DNA of 64,000 nt from positions 17,858,001 to 17,922,000 of the forward strand of contig NC_086118.1 in the NCBI RefSeq assembly GCF_963921235.1. Reading direction: 5' to 3'. The notes beneath the pieces were generated by a model that had not been told where the DNA came from, did not search any database, and saw nothing but the letters and a program-made list of their open reading frames with translations. This document shows positions 53,576 to 64,000 of this stretch, one piece after another. Origin of the DNA: Mobula hypostoma. Its lineage: Eukaryota. Numbering within the stretch: the stretch's first letter is position 1; every line of letters starts with the position of its first letter. A program made the translations under genes and the position numbers.

Positions 53576-53836
53576 TGTCCCCTTTGCCAATCACCTGTCC
53601 AGCTCTTGGCTCCATCCCTCCCCCTCCTGTCTTCTCCTATCATTTTGGATCTCCCCCTCCCACTCCCACTTTCAAATCTCTTACTAGCTCTTCCTTCAGT
53701 TAGTCCTGATGAAGGGTCTCGGCCTGAAACGTCGACTGTACCTCTTCCTAGAGATGCTGCCTGGCCTGCTGCGTTCACCAGCAACTTTGATGTGTGTTGC
53801 TTGAACTTGCAGCATCTGCAGAATTCCTCGTGTGTG
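53576..53836 (+). mobile_element. PLE tail-only insertion
   Basis: Near-identical to 40142-40359 and extends to CAGCATCTGCAGAATTCCTCGTG. Confidence 0.9.
53702..53737 (+). ncRNA. Minimal type-I hammerhead ribozyme motif, intact, sense to the host gene
   Basis: AGTC-CTGATGA-AGGGTCTCGGCCT-GAAAC-GTC-GACT; predicted cleavage after C53733. Confidence 0.85.
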
Positions 53837-53954
53837 CCTGAACTTCTTGTATAGTTCTGGATCACTGGTTTTGAAAGCCACAGATCTATCCCTCAGTAGA
53901 GTATGAATCTTCTGGTTCATCCATGGTTTTTGGTTTGGGTATGTAATGGATTTC

Positions 53955-54548
53955 AAGGATGTAATCCTGAAATTTTATAAAGCACTGGTGAGGTATCATT
54001 TGGAGTATTGTGAGCAGGTTTGGGCCCTTATCTTAGAAAGGATGCGCTGAAACTGGAGAGGGTTCAAAAGAGGTTCATGAAAATGATTCCAGGATTGAAT
54101 AGCTTGTCATATGAAGAGCATCTGGTGGCTCTGGGCCTGTATTCACTAGAATTTGGAAGAATGTGGAGTGACCACATTGAAACCTATCAAATGGTGAAAC
54201 GCCTTGACAGAGTGGATGTGGAGAGGATGGTTCCTGTGGTGGGAGAGTCTAAGACCAGAGATCACAGCTTCAGAATAGAGGGGTGTCCTTTTAGAATGGA
54301 GATGAGGAGGATTTTCTTTAGCCAGAGAGTGGTGAATCTGTGGAATTCTTTATCACAGGCAGCTGTGGAAGCCAAGTCTTTATATATATTTAAGGCAGGG
54401 GTTGATAGATTCTTGATTAGTCGGGGCATGAAGGGATATGGTAAGAAGGCAGGAGACTGTGGCTGAAAGGAAAATTGAATCAGCCATGATGAAATGGCGG
54501 AGCAGACTCGATGGGCCAATGGACTAATTCTGCTTCTATGGTCTTATT
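53955..54548 (+). mobile_element. CR1 LINE 3' fragment
   Basis: ORF 54020-54466 LERVQKRFMKMIPGL..FFSQRVVNLWNSL; CTATGGTCTTA tail. Confidence 0.92.
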
Positions 54549-55500
54549 TATGTTCTTGAAGGCACAAACTCATGCACGCAGGTTTTGATGAAGTTGGTGA
54601 CAACTGGTGAGTATTCATTCAGATTTGAAGGTGAATTCCTGAATATTGTCCAGTCCACCGACTCAAAGTAGTCACAGTATAGTTTGCTGAAGTTAATCTT
54701 TAACCACATCCTCCCGCTGTTTATATTTAAATTGCAAGTTTGAAATAGCGTTCCCTGTTGGCTATAACTTGACGTTTTGTATCGAAGTTGCCTTAAAATA
54801 AACTCAAAATGATTCAAAACTCAAAACTTTGCATGTACAGTGTATGTTGATGAAGAGGTGATGTAGATAGGTTTCCAGGAAATGTGAAAAAGACCACCAG
54901 TTTGTTTATTCCCAGTTAATTTATTGTGTGTTTCTGAAATGCATCCCAATGCAGGTATGATTTGCAATTTGCAATAGCAATGCTTATTCACTGTGTGCAG
55001 GATAATTCTAAAGAGTTGATTTGAGAAAAGGGAGCAGGAGTGAACTGCTCAGTTCTTTGTGATTTCACAGTCATTTAATTATTATCAGTTTTGTCCTTTC
55101 GCCTTCAATGCTGCTTTCCTGAACAAACAGCATCTCACTCAATTCCGTTTATATCCATAATCCATCGATCTCTGTCTTGAATAAACTCAGCCACTGAGCA
55201 TCCACAGTGTGCCAGGGAGAGAATTCAAAGGATTCCTTATCCTCTGGGTGAAAAAATTGCTTTCATTTCAGTCCTAAAGGGTTAAACCGTATTTTGGGAT
55301 TAAAAGAACTGGTTCTTCAGCAAGGGGAAACATCCTATCTCTTACGTTCAGTACTAATTGTGTATGTTTCATTGAGATCACCTCTCATTTGAGTGATCTG
55401 AGCCCACTCTCCTTAATTTCCCCTCATATAATAGCAAAACACCTCAGGATGGTGGGTATGAATTAGGATATTAGGGTTTGAATTAGGTAGCAAAGTATGC

Positions 55501-55777
55501 CTGTGGCACGTGGCCAAGTGGTTAAGGCATTGGACTAGTGATCTGAAGGTCGTGAGTTCGAGCCCCAGCCGAGGCAGTATGTTGTGTCCTTGAGCAAGGC
55601 ACTTAACCACACACTGCTCCAGTCTAACCAGCTGAAATGGTGGGGGTTAACGTCGCTATAGACTGGCGTCCTATCCGGGGGAGGGGGGAGTCTTCTCATT
55701 CGCTTCATGCCACGGAAACTGGCATAAGCACCGGCCTGATGAGCCTGTGAGGCTTGGGACAGACTTTAACTTTAATT
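55501..55777 (+). mobile_element. tRNA-derived SINE with CORE-like segment (different tail from the 19558 copy)
   Basis: A-box TGGCCAAGTGGTTAAGG, B-box GAGTTCGAGCC; (ACTTTA)n tail; approximate TSD TAGCAAAGTAT / TAGCAAAAATAT. Confidence 0.88.
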
Positions 55778-56865
55778 TAGCAAAAATATAGGATGAATAC
55801 AAAGCAAGAGGACTGTCAATGGTATGATTGATGGGAAGAGTGCACATTTTAGCTTTGTAAACTTATGTTTCAATGCTGATATATAGCTCTCTCATTTCCA
55901 ATGAGCTCTTGTTAACCATACATGTAGATATTGAAACAGTGAGGTTAAATGGCTCTGAAAGTTTCGTATTCACTCAGTGGCATGTAATTACTGCGATTTC
56001 TGAATCATCAATAACCTGCTGTCATTTTTCAGGATTGTGACTAATTCCATCCCTGTACTGCATGTCAATCTGATGTACAACGGGCATTAATGAAGTTGCG
56101 GAGTTTCGTTCTTTCATTTTTTATGGCATTTCATTTCCAGAGTGAAGTAAGTTGGAGCATTCACTTATATCCAGGTGTCATTGTTGCCTTTAAAAGGAAC
56201 AAGTGCAACCCAATTAACTGAAGGAGTTACTGAACTATTTTGATTATCTCTTTGCAGCAGAAAAAACCTTTTTTTCCCAAAATTTTAGCAAGGAATTATA
56301 AACTTGAAGTTCAAATCTCTCATTCAGGCCCACCTTAAACACCAGGAAGGACTGATCTACAATTGGAATTAGATTTGTTATTGTTGCTGAACTGAGATAC
56401 AGTGAAAGGCTTTTGTTTGCCTGCCATCTAAACATACCAGTCTATACATAAATACATTGAGATAATTTAAATAAAAACAGAACACATAGTAGAGTGTTAC
56501 ACAGGTAGACAAAGTGCAAAGGTGGGAATGTTGATTGGGAGATCAAAAATTCATCTTTTAGCATATAAGAGGCCCCCTGAAGCGTCTAATAACAATGAGA
56601 TGAAAGCTGCACTCGAGCCTGTTGGTATGTGCTCCCAAGCGTTTGTATCATCTGCCTGGTCGGAGGGGAGAGAATGAAAATTTCTGAAAGTTGTGCGTTA
56701 GTTGAGCTAACTTTAAGTCATGTTGTACTTCACAATTAATACACTTTTAATCCAAGAAGATAGAAAAACAAATTGACAGTTTTGATGAATCAACTAGTTT
56801 ATCTTTTATTCAAAAGTCAGCTTAAAGACAGCCATCATTGCTTTAATTCACGAATGTGTATATAT

Positions 56866-57303
56866 GCCTCCAACCTGATGGCATGAACGTTGACTTCTCA
56901 AACTTCTACTAATGCCCCACCTCCCCCTCGTACCCCATCCATTATTTATTTATTTATATACACACATTCTTTCTCTCTCTCTCTCCTTTTTTCCCTCTGT
57001 CTCTCTCACTATGCGCCTTGCCCATCCTCTGGGCTTCCCCCCTCCCCTTTTCTTTCTCCCTAGGCCTCCTGTCCCATGATCCTCTCATATCCCTTTTGCC
57101 AAACAACTGTCCACCTCTTGGCTCCATCCCTCCCCCTCCTGTCTTCTCCTATCATTTTGGATCTCCCCCTTCCCCTCCCACTTTCAAATCTCTTACTAGC
57201 TCTTCTTTCAGTTAGTCCTGACGAAGGGTCTCGACCCGAAACATAGACTGTACCTCTTCCTAGAGATGCTGCCTGGCCTGCTGCGTTTTATGTGTGTTGC
57301 TTG
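56866..57303 (+). mobile_element. PLE 3' fragment (end of ORF plus tail)
   Basis: GCCTCCAACCTGATGGCATGAACG (LQPDGMN), then tail homologous to 39970-40359. Confidence 0.9.
57214..57249 (+). ncRNA. Minimal hammerhead motif, core intact, stem-III palindrome broken
   Basis: AGTC-CTGACGA-A-GGGT(CTCG)ACCC-GAAAC-ATA-GACT. Confidence 0.75.
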
Positions 57304-57602
57304 AGGTGTTTTGTCATGTATATCTCTAGCAAAATAGTATTGATTAAAAGTGTTGCCTTAATTAGATATGAAAGGGACTACTGTTTAAGGCACTTGTGAG
57401 AAAATCTGTTTTGCAAACATTCCAAGGCAATGTGGGTGCATTGTAGAAAGAATCGCAAGAAAGAGCAATGAAAAACAAACACTTAGAAATCCATTGTTAA
57501 CATGGGCTTAGGTTTGTAAAGCTAACCTCATTTATTTCTGCACTTACATATCTACCATATTTAACAGATCTCAGTTACTCTGGATCATAATGGAATTGTG
57601 AT

Positions 57603-58742
57603 GATTTAGATTTAGATTCAACTTTGTTGTCATTGTGCCGAGTACAGATACAGATGCATTTAGCATCTGACCAGAAATACAAAGAATAGTTAATTTACAA
57701 AATAACTGCGAATAAAAAGTGCTACAGCACACAAATATAAAAGTACTGAGACAGTACAATATGGGTGCAATAGTGCTTAGTGCTGTGATGAGAGGTTCAG
57801 CAGTGTCAGAGCCTCAGGGAAGAAGCTCTTCCTGTGCCTGCTGGTGCGGGAGCGGAGGCTCCTGTAGCACTTACTGGATGGGAGGAGAGTAAAAAAGTCC
57901 ATGGTTAGGGTGAGATGCATCCCTGATAATGCTTTTCGCCCTGCCCAGGCAGTGTTTATGATAGATGTTCTCAATGGTGAGCAATTGGGTGCCGATAATC
58001 CGCTGGGCAGTTTTCACCACATGCTGGAGTGCTTTGCGGTCCGATACGGGACACTTGCCATACTGAGATGCATTTGGTGAGTATGCTCTCAATGGTACAG
58101 CGGTAAAAGTCCGTCAGTATCCTGGGACAGAGGTGAACATTCTTCATGCTCTGCAGGAAATAAAGACGCTGTTGCGCCTTTTGATCAGGATGGAGGAGTT
58201 CAGGGACCAGGTGAGATCCTCGGAAATTTGGACACCAAGGAATTTGAAGCTTGATACACACTCCACTAAAGTTCCGTTGATGTAGATGGGGACGTGAGTG
58301 TGACTTCTGGTGTGCCTGAAGTCCACAATGATCTCCTTGGTCTTCTGAGTTTTAAGGGCCAGATTGTTGTCGGCACACCACGCAGCCAGGTGCTGAACCT
58401 CATCCCTGTAGGCCGTCTCGTCATCCTCTCTGATCAGACCAACCACCGTGGTGTCGTCTGCGAACTTGATTATGGAGTTAGATCCATATACAGGAACGCA
58501 GTCATAGGTGAAAAGGGAGTACAGAAGAGGGCTCAGCACACAGCCTTGAGGCACGCCGGTGTTCAGGGTGAGAGTGGAGGAGGAGAGGTTGTCTGACTTA
58601 ACTGTTTGGGGTCAGTGAGTCAGAAAGTCCAAGGTCCAATTGCGGAGGGATGAGCTGATACCAAACTGGTGAAGTTTGGTGATCAGCTTGGAGGGGATCA
58701 CAGTATTGAATGCCGAACTAAAGTCAATGAACAGCATTCTGA
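57603..58742 (-). mobile_element. Rex1/Babar LINE 3' part (RT)
   Basis: PQGCVLSPLLYSLFT, KFADDTT, KTKEIIVDFR, FKFLGV; GATTTAGATTTAGATT tail. Confidence 0.93.
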
Positions 58743-59395
58743 CGGCAGAGTTGATGACTGTCGGTCCCTGATGAATATCAATCCCATTTCTGACAGTGAT
58801 CTTACTATGAGAGTTAAAGTAAAAGATAAAATAAATAGAATTATACCATTACACTATGATATATTGTAATTGTTACAATGGATGCTGTATTACAGTCATA
58901 TATGTCAGTCATCTGAATAGTGAGCAATATTGTTAAACTGAACTGGAATACTGATTGGCACCATATCTTACCCTGATTCATCTTAATACTGTCAAATTTC
59001 TTTCTATGTATGATGCCAAATGACCTGAGTGTGGGTGTATATTGAAGCAGTTATTAACACATTTTCAAACAACTGTCATTATTTAGATTTGAAAATTTAT
59101 TCTGGCCATTTTCAATGACAGATGAATCCCTCAATTTGTTATTGTCAGTACCCATTTCTCACTAATGTACTGTATATACTATGTAATCCATGATGGTAGG
59201 TGATATCTTTTGTGCACAAGAATGAAATATTGCAGCTGTTGCAAGTATCAAATTCCCAGCATAAAATTTTCAGCAAGTCTGACGGAAACCCTGTACTTCA
59301 GTATTTTTTTGTAAACCTACTCCTTGTTGCTAACAACATACATCAAAGTTGCTGGTGAACGCAGCAGGCCAGGCAGCATCTCTAGGAAGAGGTGC

Positions 59396-59431
59396 AGTCG
59401 ACGTTTCAGGCCGAGACCCTTCGTCAGGACT
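59396..59431 (-). ncRNA. Minimal type-I hammerhead ribozyme motif, intact
   Basis: Reverse complement AGTC-CTGACGA-AGGGTCTCGGCCT-GAAAC-GTC-GACT. Confidence 0.85.
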
Positions 59432-61674
59432 AACTGAAGGAAGAGTGAGTAAGGGATTTGAAAGCTGGAGGGGGAGGGGGAGATCCAAAATGATAGGAGA
59501 AGACAGGAGGGGGAGGGATAGAGCCGAGAGCTGGACAGGTGATAGGCAAAAGGGGATACGAGAGGATCATGGGACAGGAGGTCCGGGAAGAAAGACAACG
59601 GGGGGGGGGGGGGGTGACCCAGAGGATGGGCAAGAGGTATATTCAGAGGGACAGAGGGAGAAAAAGGAGAGTGAGAGAAAGAATGTGTGCATAAAAATGA
59701 GTAACAGATGGGGTACGAGGGGGAGGTGGGGCCTTAGCGGAAGTTAGAGAAGTTGATGTTCATGCCATCAGGTTGGAGGCTACCCAGACGGAATATAAGG
59801 TGTTGTTCCTCCAACCTGAGTGTGGCTTCATCTTTACAGTAGAGGAGGCCGTGGATAGACATGTCAGAATGGGAATGGGATGTGGAATTAAAATGTGTGG
59901 CCACTGGGAGATCCTGCTTTCTCTGGCGGACAGAGCGTAGATGTTCAGCAGAGCGATCTCCCAGTCTGCGTCAGGTCTCGCCAATATATAAAAGGCCACA
60001 TCGGGAGCACCGGACGCAGTATATCACCCCAGTCGACTCACAGGTAAAGTGATGCCTCACCTGGAAGGACTATTTGGGGCCCTGAATGGTGGTAAGGGAG
60101 GAAGTGTAAGGGCATGTGTAGCACTTGTTCCGCTTACACGGATAAGTGCCAGGAGGGAGATCAGTGGGGAGGGATGGGGGGGACGAATGGACAAGGGAGT
60201 TGTGTAGGAGCGATCCCTGTGGAATGCAGAGAGAGGTGGGGAGGGAAAGATGTGCTTAGTGGTGGGATCCCGTTGGAGGTGGCGGAAGTTACGGAGAATA
60301 AAATGTTGGACCCAGAGGCTGGTGGGGTGGTAGGTGAGGACCAGGGGAACCCTATTCCTAGTGGGGTGGTGGGAGGATGGAGTGAGAGCAGATGTACGTG
60401 AAATGGGGGAGATGCGTTTAAGAGCAGAGTTGATAGTGGAGGAAGGGAAGCCCCTTTCTTTAAAAAAGGAAGACATCTCCCTCGTCCTAGAATGAAAAGC
60501 CTCATCCTATCACAGCTATCTGGACTATTCCTCTTCTCACCCTGTCTCTTGCAAAAACGCCATCCCCTTCTCGCAATTCCTCTGTCTCCGCCGCATCTGC
60601 TCTCAGGATGAGGCTTTTCATTCTAGGACGAGGGAGATGTCTTCCTTTTTTATAGAAAGGGGCTTCCCTTCCTCCACTATCAACTCTGCTCTTAAACGCA
60701 TCTCCCCCATTTTACGTACATCTGCTCTCACTCCATCCTCCCACCACCCCACTAGGAATAGGGTTCCCCTGGTCCTCACCTACCACCCCAACAGCCTCCG
60801 GGTCCAACATATTATTCTCCGTAACCTCCGCCACCTCCAACAGGATCCCACGACTAAGCACATCTTTCCCTCCCCCCCTCTCTCTGCATTCCGCAGGGAT
60901 CGCTCCTACACAACTCCCTTGTCCATTCGTCCCCCCCCCATCCCTCCCCATTGATCTCCCTCCTGGCACTTATCCGTGTAAGCGGAACAAGTGCTACACA
61001 TGCCCTTACACTTCCTCCCTTACCACCATTCAGGGCCCCAAACAGTCCTTCCAGGTGAGGCATCACTTCATCTGTGAGTCGGCTGGGGTGATATACTGCG
61101 TCCGGTGCTCCCGATGTGGCCTTTTATATATTGGTGAGACCCGACGCAGACTGGGAGACCGCTTTGCTGAACATCTACGCTCTGTCCGCCAGAGAAAACA
61201 GGATCTCCCAGTGGCCACACATTTTAATTCCACATCCCATTCCCATTCTGACATGTCTATCCACGGCCTCCTCTACTGTAAAGATGAAGCCACACTCAGG
61301 TTGGAGGAACAACACCTTATATTCCATCTGGGTAGCCTCCAACCTGATGGCATGAACATCGACTTCTCTAACTTCCGCTAAGGCCCCACCTCCCCCTTGT
61401 ACCCCATCTGTTACTCATTTTTATGCACACATTCTTTCTCTCACTCTCCTTTTTCTCGCTCTGTCCCTCTGACTATACCTCTTGCCCATCCTCTGGGTCA
61501 CCCCCCCCCGTCTTTCTTCCCGGACCTCCTGTCCCATGATCCTCTCGTATCCCCTTTTGCCTATCACCTGTCCAGCTCTTGGCTCTATCCCTCCCCCTCC
61601 TGTCTTCTCCTATCATTTTGGATCTCCCCCTCCCCCTCCAACTTTCAAATCCCTTACTCACTCTTCCTTCAATT

Positions 61675-61710
61675 AGTCCTGACGAAGAGTCTCGGCCTGA
61701 AACATCGACT
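61675..61710 (+). ncRNA. Minimal hammerhead motif with stem-II and stem-III lesions
   Basis: AGTC-CTGACGA-AGAGTCTCGGCCT-GAAAC-ATC-GACT. Confidence 0.72.
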
Positions 61711-62164
61711 GCACCTCTTCCTACAGATGCTGCTTGGCCTGCTGCGTTCACCAGCAACTTTGATGTATGTTGCTTGAATTTACAGCATCTGCAGAATTCC
61801 TGTTGTTTCCTTGTTGCTAATTTGTGCCGTCCACTCTACTTTATGTTAGCCTGTATTATCTACTCCACATTTTACTTCATCCATTAAGTAGTATGTCAAT
61901 ATGTTTTCTTCACTGTAACCTCTCAAAACCATCGAGAAGATATTTCAGTGTATTACTGATCAGGTTCTACTTCGTTAATTCTACTGAATTTTTGATTAGG
62001 TGATATAACAAGGCTCTGAATATTATTATACAGGTGAATTTAAAAGATCTTGAGGCAACATTTGAAGAACATAATGGGAATTCTAACTTCACAATAAACT
62101 TTAGATATCAAACACTAATACTATAGTTTATTTTTGGATCATTGAATATCATTGCTAGTTAGGT

Positions 62165-62530
62165 GTGTTTTGCCAAGTTAGATATGGCAAAGTTATTTCC
62201 CATGGGAGGGGATTCTAGGACAAGAGGGCACGACTTCAGGATTGAAGGATGTCCTTTTAGAACTGAGATGCAGAGAAATTACTTTAGTCAGAGGGTGATA
62301 AATCTGTGGAATTTTTTGCCACGAGCAGTTGTGGAGGCCAGGTCATTGGGTGTATTTAAGGCAGAGATAGATAGGTTCTTGATTAGCCAGGGCATCAAAG
62401 GGTATGGGGTGAAAGCAGGGGAGTGGGGATGACAGGAAGAATTGGATCAGCCCATGATTAAGTGGCGGAGCAGACTCAATGGGCCGAATGGCCTACTTCT
62501 GCTCCTATATCTTATGGTCTTATGGTCTAT
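62165..62530 (+). mobile_element. CR1 LINE 3' end
   Basis: SRTRGHDFRI..YFSQRVINLWNFLP; TCTTATGGTCTTATGGTCT tail. Confidence 0.92.
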
Positions 62531-62625
62531 ATTTTGACTCTCACCTTCCCAGTAAATAAAATTAATTGCTTATAAGAGTATACTTCCAGAAGTTGTGAGT
62601 AGACAGATCACAGAAGTATTATATA

Positions 62626-62880
62626 TAAACACAAGAGATTCTGCAGATGCTGGAAATCTTGAGCAACGTGTACAAAATGCTGGAGGAACTCAGCAAGTTA
62701 GGCAGCATCTATGAAAGGGAGTAAGCGGTTGTCGTTTTGGACTGAGGCCATTCATCAGGACTCGAAAGGAAGGGGGCAAAAGCCAGAAAAAGAAAGTAGA
62801 GGGAGGGAAAGGAGTACAAGCTGAGGGTGATAAGTGACCCCAAGTAAGTGGGATGCTGGGAGATGGGTGCATGGGGGTGG
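62626..62880 (-). mobile_element. Older PLE tail with degenerate hammerhead (~62727-62762)
   Basis: Reverse complement AGTC-CTGATGA-ATGGCCTCAGTCC-AAAAC-GAC; GAAA box lost. Confidence 0.75.
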
Positions 62881-62881
62881 G

Positions 62882-62885
<4 letters not shown>

Positions 62886-62920
<35 letters not shown>

Positions 62921-62967
62921 ATGTATGTGTATACTTATATGTATCTATATATACACACACACACACA
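62886..62967. repeat. (TG)n / (TA) / (CA)n compound microsatellite
   Basis: Directly visible. Confidence 0.95.
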
Positions 62968-63046
62968 GATTCTTCAGATTTTTCTTTAAGCTAGGTCAGT
63001 AATGTAAATTGCAATTACGGCAATAGACTGCTTTCTTCCTTTCCAG

Positions 63047-63170
63047 GTTGACCTTGCTAACCTGTGCTTAAAGGCTGGAGTCAAGAATATTGGCACCGTT
63101 TTCTTAATGACGGATGCTCAAGTTGCTGATGAAAAGTTTCTGGTACTTGTGAATGACCTGCTGGCATCAG
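63047..63170 (+). CDS. DNAH9: Axonemal dynein heavy chain exon (AAA4)
   Basis: ctttcttcctttccAG / GTaagt; VDLANLCLKAGVKNIGTVFLMTDAQVADEKFLVLVNDLLAS(G); continues exon 26673-26835 in phase 0. Confidence 0.95.
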
Positions 63171-64000
63171 GTAAGTCAGCTTGTGTATTCTATAATAGAC
63201 AAAAATATAAAATGTTCACCTGAATTATTTATATCTGATACTTAATAATAAATTGTTCAGTGTTAAAGCCTGACACAGAGCTAGTTCAAGTGAAGCCATT
63301 AGGTAGTTTTAAAATTTATTTGTGAAAAGGCATCATTGAACTCAATAGAGAAGGTTGTTATGATTGAAGTGTTGCAAAGCTGAAAAATATTGGAGGATAT
63401 CTAAAGATAAACCTTGAAGGGGTAGATTGAGTTGTGGTAATGAACCACAAGTGCCTCAGTCTCCAATCCTGCTTCCATTTCTACTTTCCTTTGGTCTAAT
63501 CACCCTGTTACTTTATTGCATTTTGAGATACAATGATTTTCTTAATGTCTACTTTTATATTGCAAGAAAAAGATCCATCACAATGTCAGTTGTGAAATTT
63601 TGGGAAGACAGTGATGTGAAGTAGATTTGTCAGTAGGTATGTTGTGGAGGAGATAAGACCTGGTGAAAGCATTCTATGCTCTTCTGGCTTACAAAGAACT
63701 GCCATTTAAGCACTTAACCTTTGTGAATTCTGGTATTCTTTTCCTACTTTCAGCTGTCCAGTTTGTTGATGCTTGGGGAACCCAACTCACTGTGAATGTA
63801 AATACTATTACCACTGAAATGAAGAGGAGTCTTACATATAGCTGTTTTTTTTTAGTTCCACTTCTTTTAAAACTGGAAGCAGGCACGTTTATTTTTTGTG
63901 CTACATTTTATTCTTTATGCTGATGTGACTCCAATGCACTTGCTAGATATTGAGCTTCAGTTTTGTGTAATATATCAAATAATCCCCTGTATTATTGGTT

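Larger units (their letters stand above)
59334..61807. mobile_element. Palindromic PLE insertion: minus arm 59334-60508, plus arm 60510-61807
   Basis: One 13-bp TSD TCCTTGTTGCTAA (59321-59333 / 61808-61820) encloses both arms; GIY-YIG coding sequence in both orientations. Confidence 0.95.

Noticed and set aside
55714..55760. GAAAC...CTGATGAG in the SINE tail as a type-II hammerhead
   Set aside because: No convincing stems I-III can be drawn around the two boxes.
26836..63046. Additional dynein exons or a nested gene in the 36-kb intron
   Set aside because: The flanking exons join in frame with no gap relative to recalled DNAH9; track ORFs here are TE-derived, antisense shadows or short random ORFs. 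Small exons of another gene cannot be excluded by eye.

Overview
Eukaryotic, repeat-rich vertebrate DNA. The repeat complement (HE1-like V-SINE, CR1, Rex1/Babar, Neptune-type Penelope elements) suggests a cartilaginous fish, probably a ray; this is an inference. The only host gene is an internal part of an axonemal dynein heavy chain gene on the + strand, best matching DNAH9. Six GT-AG exons (1827-1929, 7055-7294, 25568-25729, 26385-26581, 26673-26835, 63047-63170) splice in frame and encode the end of AAA3 through the AAA4 P-loop (GVGGSGKQ). The introns (91 nt to 36.2 kb) are packed with transposons: CR1, Rex1/Babar, RTE and probable Tx1 LINEs, tRNA-derived SINEs, a full-length IR/DR Tc1, a full-length hAT with 8-bp TSD, two Tigger-type elements, MITEs and many Penelope-like element (PLE) copies. 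The most notable hidden structure is a set of minimal type-I hammerhead ribozyme motifs (AGUC-CUGANGA-stem II-GAAAC-GUH-GACU) in the PLE tails, on both strands, several in the sense orientation of the dynein pre-mRNA. There is also a single-event ~2.5-kb palindromic PLE insertion with a ribozyme near each end, 1.2 kb upstream of an exon. PLE hammerheads are a known class, so no wholly new system is demonstrated. Gene and family names come from recall of known sequences, not database searches.
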